DNA of 64,000 nucleotides from an uncultured Bacteroidota bacterium (GTDB lineage Bacteria; Bacteroidota; Ignavibacteria; UBA10030; UBA6906): NCBI GenBank assembly GCA_963700635.1, contig CAVOYH010000004.1, positions 480,001 to 544,000 of the forward strand, read 5' to 3'. Shown piece by piece: positions 9,110 to 18,240 of this stretch (position 1 is its first letter; each line of letters starts with the position of its first letter). The notes under the pieces were generated by a model. It saw only the letters and a program-made list of their open reading frames with translations, ran no database searches and was not told where the DNA came from. The position numbers and the translations under genes were made by a program.

Positions 9110-10930
9110 ATGTATATCCTCGGCATATCTTGTTATTATCACGATTCGGCGGCCGCACTTATCAGAGACGGCAAGATTGTCGCCGCTGCGCAGGAAGAGC
9201 GGTTTACGCGAAAACGCCATGACTTCAATTTTCCTTCAGAGGCAATTGCTTTCTGCCTCAAGGAGGCGGGCATAACGGCGAAAGACCTGTCCTATGTAGT
9301 GTTCTATGACAAGCCTCTCCTTAAATTTGAGCGTATTCTGGAAACGTACCTGGCCACCGCACCCAAAGGGATCCGCTCGTTCCTGATGGCAATGCCTCTC
9401 TGGTTGAAAGAGAAGCTCTGGATTCCGTCACTCATCACGGATAGCCTGGGTGTTGATGTCCCCTTACTCTACACGGAACATCATGAATCGCACGCGGCGT
9501 CCGCATTTTATCCTTCTCCGTTTGAGCGGGCGGCTTTTCTTACACTTGACGGAGTCGGCGAATGGGCTACCACAAGCTACGGGGTCGGTGAAGGGAACAC
9601 GCTCTCGATACATGGCGAGTTGAACTTCCCCCACTCCATCGGGCTGCTCTACTCGGCATTCACATATTTTACGGGATTCAAAGTGAATTCCGCCGAATAC
9701 AAAGTCATGGGACTCGCTCCGTACGGCGAACCCCGGTACGTCCAGCGTATTTATGATCACCTGATCGACCTGAAGGAAGATGGATCATTCAGGATGAATA
9801 TGGACTACTTTGATTATTGTTCCGGACTCCGGATGACCAATGACCGGTTTGCAGAGGTTTTTGATGGCCCCGCGCGTCAACCGGAATCAAAACTTACCCA
9901 GCGTGAGATGGATCTTGCACGGTCGCTTCAGGAAGTCACCGAGGAGATTATGCTGCGCATGGCGCGACACGTTCAGAAACAAACCGGTGAAAAGAATCTG
10001 GTTCTGGCCGGAGGCGTAGCACTCAATTGCGTGGGCAATGGACGTTTGCTCCGTGAAGGACCGTTTGAAAACATCTGGATCCAGCCGGCGGCCGGTGATG
10101 CGGGAGGTGCGCTTGGCGCAGCACTGTTCGCCTGGTACGGTTACCTGAAAAACCAACGGGATGTTTCTCCGGAAAAGCAGGATGCGCAAGCCGGATCGTA
10201 CCTCGGACCGGCGTACTCCGATGAGGAAATCGAACACTATCTCCAGATGAACGAAATCGAATATCGCAAAGTCAGCGAGGATGAACTCGCCGAGGAGACT
10301 GCGGAACTCATCGCGAATGAGAACGTCATCGGATGGTTTCAGGGTCGTATGGAGTTTGGCCCGCGGGCGCTCGGTGCACGGAGTATCCTGGGCGATGCAC
10401 GCTCCACCAAAATGCAGTCCATTATGAATCTGAAGATCAAATACCGGGAATCGTTCCGTCCGTTCGCTCCTTCGGTCCTCGAAGAAAACGTTTCCGAGTA
10501 CTTCCAGATCAATACCCCGAGTCCGTATATGCTGCTCGTGGCGGGTGTCACGGAAGACCGACGGATCCCGATGACGGACGATCAGGAACGGCTCTTCGGC
10601 ATTGACAAACTCAATGTGTCGCGGTCTGATATACCTGCGGTAACGCATATCGACTATTCCGCACGAGTCCAGACCGTGTCACGGGAGACCAATCCTCTGT
10701 ACTATGATCTTATCAAGGCGTTCGGACGCAAGACCGGGTGCCCGGTGATCATCAATACATCATTCAATGTTCGCGGAGAACCCATCGTCTGTCGTCCGGA
10801 AGAAGCATACAAATGTTTTATGCGAACAGAGATGGACTATCTGGTGATGGGCAACTTTATCATCGCGAAAACGGCACAGAAACAACTCGAAGAGGACAGC
10901 AATTGGAGAAAGGAGTTCCAGCTTGACTGA
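9110..10930 (+). CDS. carbamoyltransferase, NodU/CmcH/TobZ family
   Basis: ILGISCYYHDSAAA, EERFTR, HHESH, DGVGE, GGVALN, EFGPRALG, NTSFN. Confidence 0.95.
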   Translation: MYILGISCYYHDSAAALIRDGKIVAAAQEERFTRKRHDFNFPSEAIAFCLKEAGITAKDLSYVVFYDKPLLKFERILETYLATAPKGIRSFLMAMPLWLKEKLWIPSLITDSLGVDVPLLYTEHHESHAASAFYPSPFERAAFLTLDGVGEWATTSYGVGEGNTLSIHGELNFPHSIGLLYSAFTYFTGFKVNSAEYKVMGLAPYGEPRYVQRIYDHLIDLKEDGSFRMNMDYFDYCSGLRMTNDRFAEVFDGPARQPESKLTQREMDLARSLQEVTEEIMLRMARHVQKQTGEKNLVLAGGVALNCVGNGRLLREGPFENIWIQPAAGDAGGALGAALFAWYGYLKNQRDVSPEKQDAQAGSYLGPAYSDEEIEHYLQMNEIEYRKVSEDELAEETAELIANENVIGWFQGRMEFGPRALGARSILGDARSTKMQSIMNLKIKYRESFRPFAPSVLEENVSEYFQINTPSPYMLLVAGVTEDRRIPMTDDQERLFGIDKLNVSRSDIPAVTHIDYSARVQTVSRETNPLYYDLIKAFGRKTGCPVIINTSFNVRGEPIVCRPEEAYKCFMRTEMDYLVMGNFIIAKTAQKQLEEDSNWRKEFQLD

Positions 10931-10931
10931 T

Positions 10932-11333
10932 ATGAAGATCAATGCGTCGGACCGTGAGGTCCGGAAGTTTGGTATCATGTTCAGCATTATCTGTCTTGCC
11001 ATCGCGGCCTTCAGCTTGTACAGGAGCGGCACCGTGTGGCCCTGGTTTCTGGGGGGAAGCGGGCTTTTTGCCATCGGCGGACTGGTCCTTCGTTCTGCTC
11101 TCCGACCTGTCTACATCGGCTGGATGAAATTTGCCTTCGTCCTGGGCTGGATTAACACGCGGTTGATACTTGGTCTGTTTTTCTATGGTATCCTCACGCC
11201 GCTGGGAGTGATCATGCGCATATTCGGCTGGGACCCCCTCACACGCAAGATTGATCGCCAGGCCCCTTCGTACTGGGTGAAACGTGGTCCGGAAACGGCA
11301 TTCGATCCCAAAAAGTATGAACGGCTCTTTTAG
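10932..11333 (+). CDS. SxtJ family membrane protein
   Basis: RKFG, WMKFAFVLGWINTRLILGLFFY..TP, DPL, SYW, C-terminal YERLF; directly after the carbamoyltransferase. Confidence 0.85.
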   Translation: MKINASDREVRKFGIMFSIICLAIAAFSLYRSGTVWPWFLGGSGLFAIGGLVLRSALRPVYIGWMKFAFVLGWINTRLILGLFFYGILTPLGVIMRIFGWDPLTRKIDRQAPSYWVKRGPETAFDPKKYERLF

Positions 11334-11385
11334 CTTTGCACAAATGTCTGGATATCCGAATTTCACAAAACTGTTAGGAGAAAAT

Positions 11386-11553
11386 ATGGGCACATCTGGA
11401 AAACTGTCGGTCCTGAGTGGCTTATGGGACTTTATGAAAATCAGAAAAAAGTGGTGGCTTGGTCCCATCATCGGGATGCTGCTGATGTTAGGGTTGCTGC
11501 TGGTCTTTACGCAGGGATCAGCCCTCGCGCCATTTATCTATACATTGTTTTGA
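11386..11553 (+). CDS. DUF5989 / SxtK-like small single-TM protein
   Basis: 55 aa from ATG after AGGAG: ...WDFMKIRKKWWLGPII...QGSALAPFIYTLF. Confidence 0.88.
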   Translation: MGTSGKLSVLSGLWDFMKIRKKWWLGPIIGMLLMLGLLLVFTQGSALAPFIYTLF

Positions 11554-11609
11554 TACCCGGTGGCGCAACCCGGAGTCCATCAGATCTTTTGCATTCAGAA
11601 AAGGGAGCT

Positions 11610-12701
11610 ATGAAAGCAGAACTTGTCCTTGAAGACGGCTATCGATGTGAAGGCACCGCCTTCGGCGCCCCCGCTTCAACAGCGGGGGAGGTGGTGTTCA
11701 ACACCGGCATGGTGGGCTACCCCGAATCCATGACCGACCCGTCCTATGCCGGACAGATTCTTGTCCTGACATATCCGCTGGTTGGAAACTACGGAATTCC
11801 TGTCAACGGGAAACCGGAGGAGCATCTTGATCTGATATCGCGGCACTTTGAAAGCTCCCGGATTCACATCCGCGCCCTGGTCGTGTCCCGGCTGTCTGCC
11901 GGATACAGTCACTGGACCGCGGTTGACTCCCTCTCGTCCTGGATGCAGCGCCACAATATCCCGGGAATTCACGGTGTTGACACACGCGCTCTGACAAAAC
12001 GTCTGCGGTCCAAAGGGTGCATGCTCGGGAAAGTTGTTGTGGCTGACAACGATACCGGGTGGGACGATCCCAACGTTCGAAATATTGTAGCAGATGTCAG
12101 CATCCCCGAGCCTCAGTGGTTTCAGGCCGAGGGGGACAAAAAGGTCGTCCTTGTTGACCTCGGGTGCAAAGACAACATTGTCCGGAGTCTTATCCGGCGT
12201 GGGATCAATGTGCTGAAGGTTCCGTGGGACTATGATTGGACGGGAGAAGATACTGACGGTGTCTTTCTGTCCAATGGCCCGGGTGACCCGAAGAAATGCG
12301 AAGAGACTATTCGGATACTCCGGAAAGGATTTGAGCGGGATATTCCCATTTTTGGAATCTGTCTGGGCCACCAGATGATGGGCCTCGCGGCAGGGGGTGA
12401 TACGTATAAACTTAAGTTCGGTCACCGCGGGCAGAACCAGCCCTGCATCGAAGTCGGAACAAAACGGTGTTACGTGACATCACAAAATCATGGATTTGCG
12501 GTTGATGAACGCAGCTTGCCCCCGGAATGGTCTCCATGGTTTTTTAATGCAAATGACGGAACAAACGAAGGTATCCGTCACCGCGGCCGCAGCCTTGCTT
12601 CCGTTCAGTTCCATCCCGAAGCGCGGCCCGGGCCATCAGACACAGACCACCTTTTTGACACGTTTGCGAGATCATTGACCCATGCCATCCACAGCGCGTA
12701 A
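11610..12701 (+). CDS. carA: carbamoyl-phosphate synthase small subunit
   Basis: GEVVFNTGMVGY, SNGPGDP, GICLGHQ, SQNHG, VQFHPE; start reassigned to ATG 11610 after GGGAG. Confidence 0.96.
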   Translation: MKAELVLEDGYRCEGTAFGAPASTAGEVVFNTGMVGYPESMTDPSYAGQILVLTYPLVGNYGIPVNGKPEEHLDLISRHFESSRIHIRALVVSRLSAGYSHWTAVDSLSSWMQRHNIPGIHGVDTRALTKRLRSKGCMLGKVVVADNDTGWDDPNVRNIVADVSIPEPQWFQAEGDKKVVLVDLGCKDNIVRSLIRRGINVLKVPWDYDWTGEDTDGVFLSNGPGDPKKCEETIRILRKGFERDIPIFGICLGHQMMGLAAGGDTYKLKFGHRGQNQPCIEVGTKRCYVTSQNHGFAVDERSLPPEWSPWFFNANDGTNEGIRHRGRSLASVQFHPEARPGPSDTDHLFDTFARSLTHAIHSA

Positions 12702-15700
12702 AATTCTTATCCTCGGCAGCGGGGCCCTGAAAATCGGTGAAGCCGGCGAATTTGATTACTCGGGAAGTCAGGCCCTCAAAGCTCTGAAAGAGGAGGGAAT
12801 CACCACGGTCCTGGTGAACCCGAATATCGCTACGATTCAGACGTCTGAATCACTGGCCGACAAGGTGTACCTCCTGCCCGTAAACCCGGAGTTCGTCACC
12901 GGAGTCATCGCCAAGGAACGGCCGGACGGAATCCTCATCGGATTTGGGGGGCAGACCGCACTCAATTGTGCTCTCACGCTCGCTGATACAGGAGTCCTCA
13001 AGGAATATGGCGTCGAGGTTCTCGGAACTCCAATCCAGACGATCAAGGACACGGAAGACCGGCAGCTCTTTATCCAGCGCCTCGGAGAGATCGATGTGCA
13101 CACTCCGCGATCACAGGCGGTGACGACCGTGCGGGACGCACAGAAGGTAGCCGAATCGATCGGATACCCGATCATGGTACGGGCGGCATTTGCGCTCGGC
13201 GGACTGGGTTCGGGCATGTGCGCGGATGAGAAGGAACTCGAAGACCGCGTCCGAAAGGCCTTTGCCCATTCACCCCAGGTGCTCATCGAAGAGTACCTGA
13301 GCGGCTGGAAAGAGGTGGAATACGAGGTTGTGCGAGATGCCTTTGACAATTGTATCACGGTCTGCAACATGGAGAATGTGGATCCGCTTGGAATCCACAC
13401 CGGGGAGAGTATCGTTGTGGCCCCCAGTCAGACACTCACGGATGCGGATTATCACCACCTCCGGGAAGTGGCCATACGGACGATCCGGCATCTGAAAGTG
13501 GTGGGTGAATGTAACGTGCAGTTTGCGCTGGATCCATACTCCGACCGGTACAGGGTTATCGAGGTGAATGCCCGGCTGAGCCGGAGTTCAGCCCTGGCGT
13601 CAAAGGCCACAGGATACCCCCTTGCGTATGTCGCGGCCAAACTCTCGCTGGGATACAGTCTCACCGAGCTGCGGAATTCAGTGACGCGCACGACGACCGC
13701 ATGTTTTGAACCGGCTCTGGATTACGTGGTGGTGAAGATGCCGCGGTGGGACCTCAAGAAGTTCCGCAACGTCGCCACGCAGCTTGGATCAGCGATGAAG
13801 TCCGTGGGCGAAGTGATGGCTATCGGACGGAACTTCGAAGAGGCGCTTCAGAAGGCACTACGCATGCTTGAGATTGGCGTGGACGGGCTTGTTGCAACTC
13901 CCGGCCCTCACTTCCAGGAGCTTGATGAAGCACTCGCAAAACCGGGCACCGAACGTGTGTTTGCCCTTCCGCAGGCGGTACGGGCAGGATATTCCATTGA
14001 ACGAATCAGATCGTTAACGCACATCGATCCCTGGTTTCTTCAGGCGATTGCCTCCCTTGTTGATGTTGAACGCAGACTGGAATCCTACCGGGGCGGGCAC
14101 TGTCCGAATGAATTGCTCCGCGAGGCGAAGCGGGCCGGGTTCTCCGATAGTCAGATTGCACGGATTCTTACGCTGGACGAGGCGACGGTACGAAGGATAC
14201 GGCATAATGCGGGGATCGTGCCTCACATCAAACAGATTGACACGCTTGCGGGCGAATATCCGGCCCAGACGAACTACCTGTACATGACCTATGACGCATC
14301 CGAAGATGATGTGGAGTGCACGCAACAGAAAAACGTGTTATTACTCGGGTCCGGTGCGTACCGGATAGGCAGTTCGGTTGAATTCGACTGGTGTTGCGTT
14401 AACGCCTCAAAGTCGCTCAGGAAACTCGGATACCGCTCCATCCTCCTCAATTACAACCCGGAAACCGTCAGCACGGACTACGACATCTGCGACCGGTTGT
14501 ACTTCGACGGCATCAATCTGGAGACGGTGCTCGATATTTACGAGCGTGAAAAGTGTATCGGGGTTATTGTCTCCGTGGGGGGACAGATCCCGAACAATCT
14601 TGCGCTGCGGTTACATGAGGCCGGCGTTCGTGTGCTTGGGACCTCACCTATTGATATTGACAGAGCAGAGGATCGCCACAAATTCTCGAGCCTCCTGGAT
14701 GAAATCGGCGTCGCCCAGCCGGAGTGGCAGGAAACATCCTCGTTCGAAGAGTCGCAGGCATTTGCCGAGTCCGTGGGATACCCGGTGCTGATCCGACCGT
14801 CGTATGTGCTGAGTGGTGCGGCGATGGGGGTCGCGACCACCAGGGAGGAACTCCAGGTGTTTCTTGAAAAGGCCGCGGAAGTCTCTCCACGCCATCCCGT
14901 GGTGATATCCAAGTTTTATGAGAATACCCGGGAGATCGAAGTGGACGCCGTGGGAGCGTTCGGCCACCTGCTCACCATGGCAATTTCGGAACATGTGGAG
15001 AACGCAGGGGTTCATTCGGGTGATGCGACGCTTGTCGTTCCGCCACAACGCACATACCTGGAAACATTACGCCGGATCCGCGCGATCACGGAAAAGATCG
15101 CGAAGGCGCTGTATATAACCGGTCCGTTTAATATCCAGTATCTGTCCAAAGGAACGGATGTCCGGGTCATTGAGTGTAATCTGCGGGCATCCCGGAGTTT
15201 TCCGTTTGTCTCGAAGATTTACAAACGTAACTTCATTGAAATGGCAGTCACGGCTATGGTCGGGGGTGATCTGGGGATCTCCGAAAACCATCTCTATGAA
15301 CTTGATTACGTCGGCGTAAAAGCTCCACAGTTCTCATTCACCCGCCTGCAGGGCGCCGATCCCACCGTCGGGGTTGAAATGGCATCGACGGGAGAGGTTG
15401 GCTGTGTGGGGGATGATTTTGAAGAAGCGTTCCTCAAATCGCTGATTTCGGTCGGATTCCGTTTCCCCATCAAGCGTGTGTTACTCTCCACGGGGCCTCT
15501 TGTGGACAAAGTCGCATTTCTCGATAGCGCCCGGCTGATGGACGCAATGGGCATCGAATTTTTTGCCACATCGGGTACTGCGGAATTCCTTGCCTCCTAC
15601 GGGTTCGCCGTGACAGTGGTGCACTGGCCGTCCGAGGGAAAAGAACCGGACGCCGGTCACCTGATCGAACAGAAACTGGTTGACCTGGTTATCAATATCC

Positions 15701-15873
15701 CGAAGAATTTTCAGGAAAGTGAACTTACCAACGACTATGTCATCCGTCGTAAGGCGGTGGATTTCGGCATTCCGTTGCTGACAAACATCCAGCTTGCAAA
15801 CCGGCTTGCCGAGGCGTTGTCCCGAAAAACAATGGGGGATCTTCAAATCAAGGAACTTCAGGCATACGGATGA
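12682..15873 (+). CDS. carB: carbamoyl-phosphate synthase large subunit
   Basis: 1063 aa; GSGALKIGEAGEFDYSG, HTGES, EFDWC, RPSYVLSG, C-terminal MGS domain. Confidence 0.97.
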   Translation: MPSTARKILILGSGALKIGEAGEFDYSGSQALKALKEEGITTVLVNPNIATIQTSESLADKVYLLPVNPEFVTGVIAKERPDGILIGFGGQTALNCALTLADTGVLKEYGVEVLGTPIQTIKDTEDRQLFIQRLGEIDVHTPRSQAVTTVRDAQKVAESIGYPIMVRAAFALGGLGSGMCADEKELEDRVRKAFAHSPQVLIEEYLSGWKEVEYEVVRDAFDNCITVCNMENVDPLGIHTGESIVVAPSQTLTDADYHHLREVAIRTIRHLKVVGECNVQFALDPYSDRYRVIEVNARLSRSSALASKATGYPLAYVAAKLSLGYSLTELRNSVTRTTTACFEPALDYVVVKMPRWDLKKFRNVATQLGSAMKSVGEVMAIGRNFEEALQKALRMLEIGVDGLVATPGPHFQELDEALAKPGTERVFALPQAVRAGYSIERIRSLTHIDPWFLQAIASLVDVERRLESYRGGHCPNELLREAKRAGFSDSQIARILTLDEATVRRIRHNAGIVPHIKQIDTLAGEYPAQTNYLYMTYDASEDDVECTQQKNVLLLGSGAYRIGSSVEFDWCCVNASKSLRKLGYRSILLNYNPETVSTDYDICDRLYFDGINLETVLDIYEREKCIGVIVSVGGQIPNNLALRLHEAGVRVLGTSPIDIDRAEDRHKFSSLLDEIGVAQPEWQETSSFEESQAFAESVGYPVLIRPSYVLSGAAMGVATTREELQVFLEKAAEVSPRHPVVISKFYENTREIEVDAVGAFGHLLTMAISEHVENAGVHSGDATLVVPPQRTYLETLRRIRAITEKIAKALYITGPFNIQYLSKGTDVRVIECNLRASRSFPFVSKIYKRNFIEMAVTAMVGGDLGISENHLYELDYVGVKAPQFSFTRLQGADPTVGVEMASTGEVGCVGDDFEEAFLKSLISVGFRFPIKRVLLSTGPLVDKVAFLDSARLMDAMGIEFFATSGTAEFLASYGFAVTVVHWPSEGKEPDAGHLIEQKLVDLVINIPKNFQESELTNDYVIRRKAVDFGIPLLTNIQLANRLAEALSRKTMGDLQIKELQAYG

Positions 15874-17066
15874 GCACAGGTACGACTTCACCCGCAGGCC
15901 TGTCCTCACGGCTCCGGAACGGAACGCGGACGGTGGTATTGACGACAGTGAGTTGTATCGTCGCGCTTCTCTTTCTCGAAGGGGTGGTCCGCATGATCGA
16001 GCCCCGCGAAGTGATGCGCTACTTCTTCATGTCCTCGGATCCCATTGTGCATCACCGATTCACCCCGGGAGCATCGGGACATTACAAGACCACTGAATTT
16101 GACGTCGTGTATACTATCAATCAGCAGGGTCTGCGTAATCCCGAAACCACACTCCGGAAGCCGGCGGGAACAGGGCGTATCCTCATGCTCGGGGACTCCT
16201 TCACGGAAGGGGACGGCGTGGAATACCATGAAACATTCTCCAGCCGTCTTCAGCAGATGCTTGACTCGGCGGAGATACAAAAACACTGGGAGGTGATTAA
16301 TGCAGGAGTGGGAAGCTACGCGCCCATGGTGGAGTACCTGTATCTGATCAACGGCGGACTGGCGCTCGAACCTGACATTGTCATCCTGAATTTGGATCTT
16401 TCAGACTTTTTTGATGATCTCGGGTATGCCAGCACTGCACGTCTGGACGTCCGTGGTGTTCCGATTGCAGCAGGAGTGGAGGAGGAGAAGCGGCCGGATT
16501 CCTGGATCGCCGCGGGATTGGTGAATATCAAGGATTTTTTCAAAGAACACACACGGCTGTATAACTTTGTCCGTCTACGGATCGACCGGTACCTGGAGGG
16601 GGCGAGGCACACGGTTGACATGTCGGGGAACATTAACAATGACAAGTACGCGATGTTCCGCCCGGGTTCTTCCGTTGTTCTGGAGCGTGATGGCGCGCTG
16701 ACATTCAAACACCTTCTCCTTATTCGTGACACACTCTCTTCAAGAGGTATAGAGTTCCGCATGAACGTGTATCCGTACGGTATCCAGGTGCATCCGCACG
16801 AATGGGCAGCCGGAAGAGAATTCTGGGGCTTTCGTCCGGACACCGTCTATGGGACGCAACCACAGAGTGAAATTGTGGCATGGGCAGCGCGGAACGGAAT
16901 CCCCATAACCAACATGTGTGAGGCATTCCGCTCGTCCAGTGTTTCGTCGTATCCCGTGTATTATGATTACAACGGACACTGGCGGCCTGTCGGGCATGAC
17001 ATCGTTGCGCGCGAGCTGTACCGGGACCTGCTGCCCCGCCTCCGGGGGAGGACAGACTATGAATAA
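15870..17066 (+). CDS. SGNH/GDSL family membrane-anchored protein (AlgJ/DltD-like)
   Basis: N-terminal TM, INQQGLR, LGDSFTEG, NAGVGSY, NGHW. Confidence 0.85.
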   Translation: MSTGTTSPAGLSSRLRNGTRTVVLTTVSCIVALLFLEGVVRMIEPREVMRYFFMSSDPIVHHRFTPGASGHYKTTEFDVVYTINQQGLRNPETTLRKPAGTGRILMLGDSFTEGDGVEYHETFSSRLQQMLDSAEIQKHWEVINAGVGSYAPMVEYLYLINGGLALEPDIVILNLDLSDFFDDLGYASTARLDVRGVPIAAGVEEEKRPDSWIAAGLVNIKDFFKEHTRLYNFVRLRIDRYLEGARHTVDMSGNINNDKYAMFRPGSSVVLERDGALTFKHLLLIRDTLSSRGIEFRMNVYPYGIQVHPHEWAAGREFWGFRPDTVYGTQPQSEIVAWAARNGIPITNMCEAFRSSSVSSYPVYYDYNGHWRPVGHDIVARELYRDLLPRLRGRTDYE

Positions 17067-18240
17067 ACCCCTGAAGATCTCAGCGATGGCAAGAACCACA
17101 GGCCTGTTTCTGTTCGCGTGCCTGATCGCCGCCTTGATGGCCGAAGGGATCGTGCGGATCGTCGCTCCACAGCGAATGGAATCGTACAGGCCGATCTATG
17201 AGGCCGACACCCTCCTCGTTTACCGGCTAAAACGTAACTATAACGCTCTCTACCAGCAGCCGGAATTTGAGATCCGGGAATCCACAAACTCGCTGGGACT
17301 CCGGGAAGGAGTTATCCCCCCGAAACAAGCCCACACGAAGCGGATTCTCGGGCTTGGTGATTCCTTCAGCTACTCAAACTCCGTGAATCTTGAGGAAACT
17401 TTTTTCAAGCAGATCGAACGCATGATGTCAGAAAGCGGTGGTCAACGTGTTGAGGTGATCAACGCTGCAGTCCCTGCGTATAGCACAATCCAGGAAATGC
17501 GATATCTCGAACGTGACGGCATTAGACTTGCGCCGGATGTGGTGCTGCTTGGTTTTTATGTCGGGAATGATTTTCAGGACTCCCAGGAACTTTTTGACTC
17601 ATTACAACGACCCACCATCGATGTGGTGGACGGACAGCTCCGGGCCAATGCCTTCTTTCCGAGCGCGCGGTACGACCGGCAGGAACGTTCCTTCAGAACT
17701 GCGACCCTTGAGCTGAGAGCCTTTTTTGCATCACACAGCGCACTGTACGTGTTCCTCCGGGAACGTTTTTCAGAGACCCTGTGGCGCCTCGGATTACGGA
17801 ACAATCCGCCGCCGCCGGACTTCTGCGCCAAGGTCATGTCTCCGTCAATGGAGCAGGGGTGGGAGGTCACAAGAAGCGTGCTGGTTCGGATGGCGGAATT
17901 CTGTTCTGCCCGGCAGATCCGACTGGTGGTGGTAACGCTTCCCACGCAATACCAGGTGCACGAGGACCTCTGGACGCACCACGTGACGACGTTCGGTCTC
18001 AACGCAGCAGACTACGATCTGGACAAACCCCAGCTACTCGTGAAAGAATTTTGCGCGCGTGAAGGCATCGAGCAGGTCGACGTGCTGCCGGCTATGCGGG
18101 AGGCAGCGCGCACAGAACGCCTCTTTTATCCTATTGCGTCCTATATGACCCCGGCCGGCCATGCCCTTGTGGGAAGGGTCGTGAGCGCGTACCTGGCCGG
18201 GGAATCTTTGCCACTCACGGTGTCGCAGGCAAAGCCATGA
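17059..18240 (+). CDS. SGNH/GDSL family membrane-anchored protein, apparently lacking the catalytic His
   Basis: TNSLGLR, LGDSFSYS, NAAVPAY, GND; block V reads IASYM instead of DxHW. Confidence 0.82.
   Translation: MNKPLKISAMARTTGLFLFACLIAALMAEGIVRIVAPQRMESYRPIYEADTLLVYRLKRNYNALYQQPEFEIRESTNSLGLREGVIPPKQAHTKRILGLGDSFSYSNSVNLEETFFKQIERMMSESGGQRVEVINAAVPAYSTIQEMRYLERDGIRLAPDVVLLGFYVGNDFQDSQELFDSLQRPTIDVVDGQLRANAFFPSARYDRQERSFRTATLELRAFFASHSALYVFLRERFSETLWRLGLRNNPPPPDFCAKVMSPSMEQGWEVTRSVLVRMAEFCSARQIRLVVVTLPTQYQVHEDLWTHHVTTFGLNAADYDLDKPQLLVKEFCAREGIEQVDVLPAMREAARTERLFYPIASYMTPAGHALVGRVVSAYLAGESLPLTVSQAKP

Noticed and set aside
9110-11553. Saxitoxin biosynthesis cluster (sxtI/J/K-like genes)
   Set aside because: No sxtA, sxtG or other core genes are present. 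The triad is widespread and here sits in a polysaccharide context.
11284-11609. Extended N-termini of the DUF5989 and carA ORFs in the ORF track
   Set aside because: The extensions overlap real upstream genes. RBS and motif positions support starts at 11386 and 11610.
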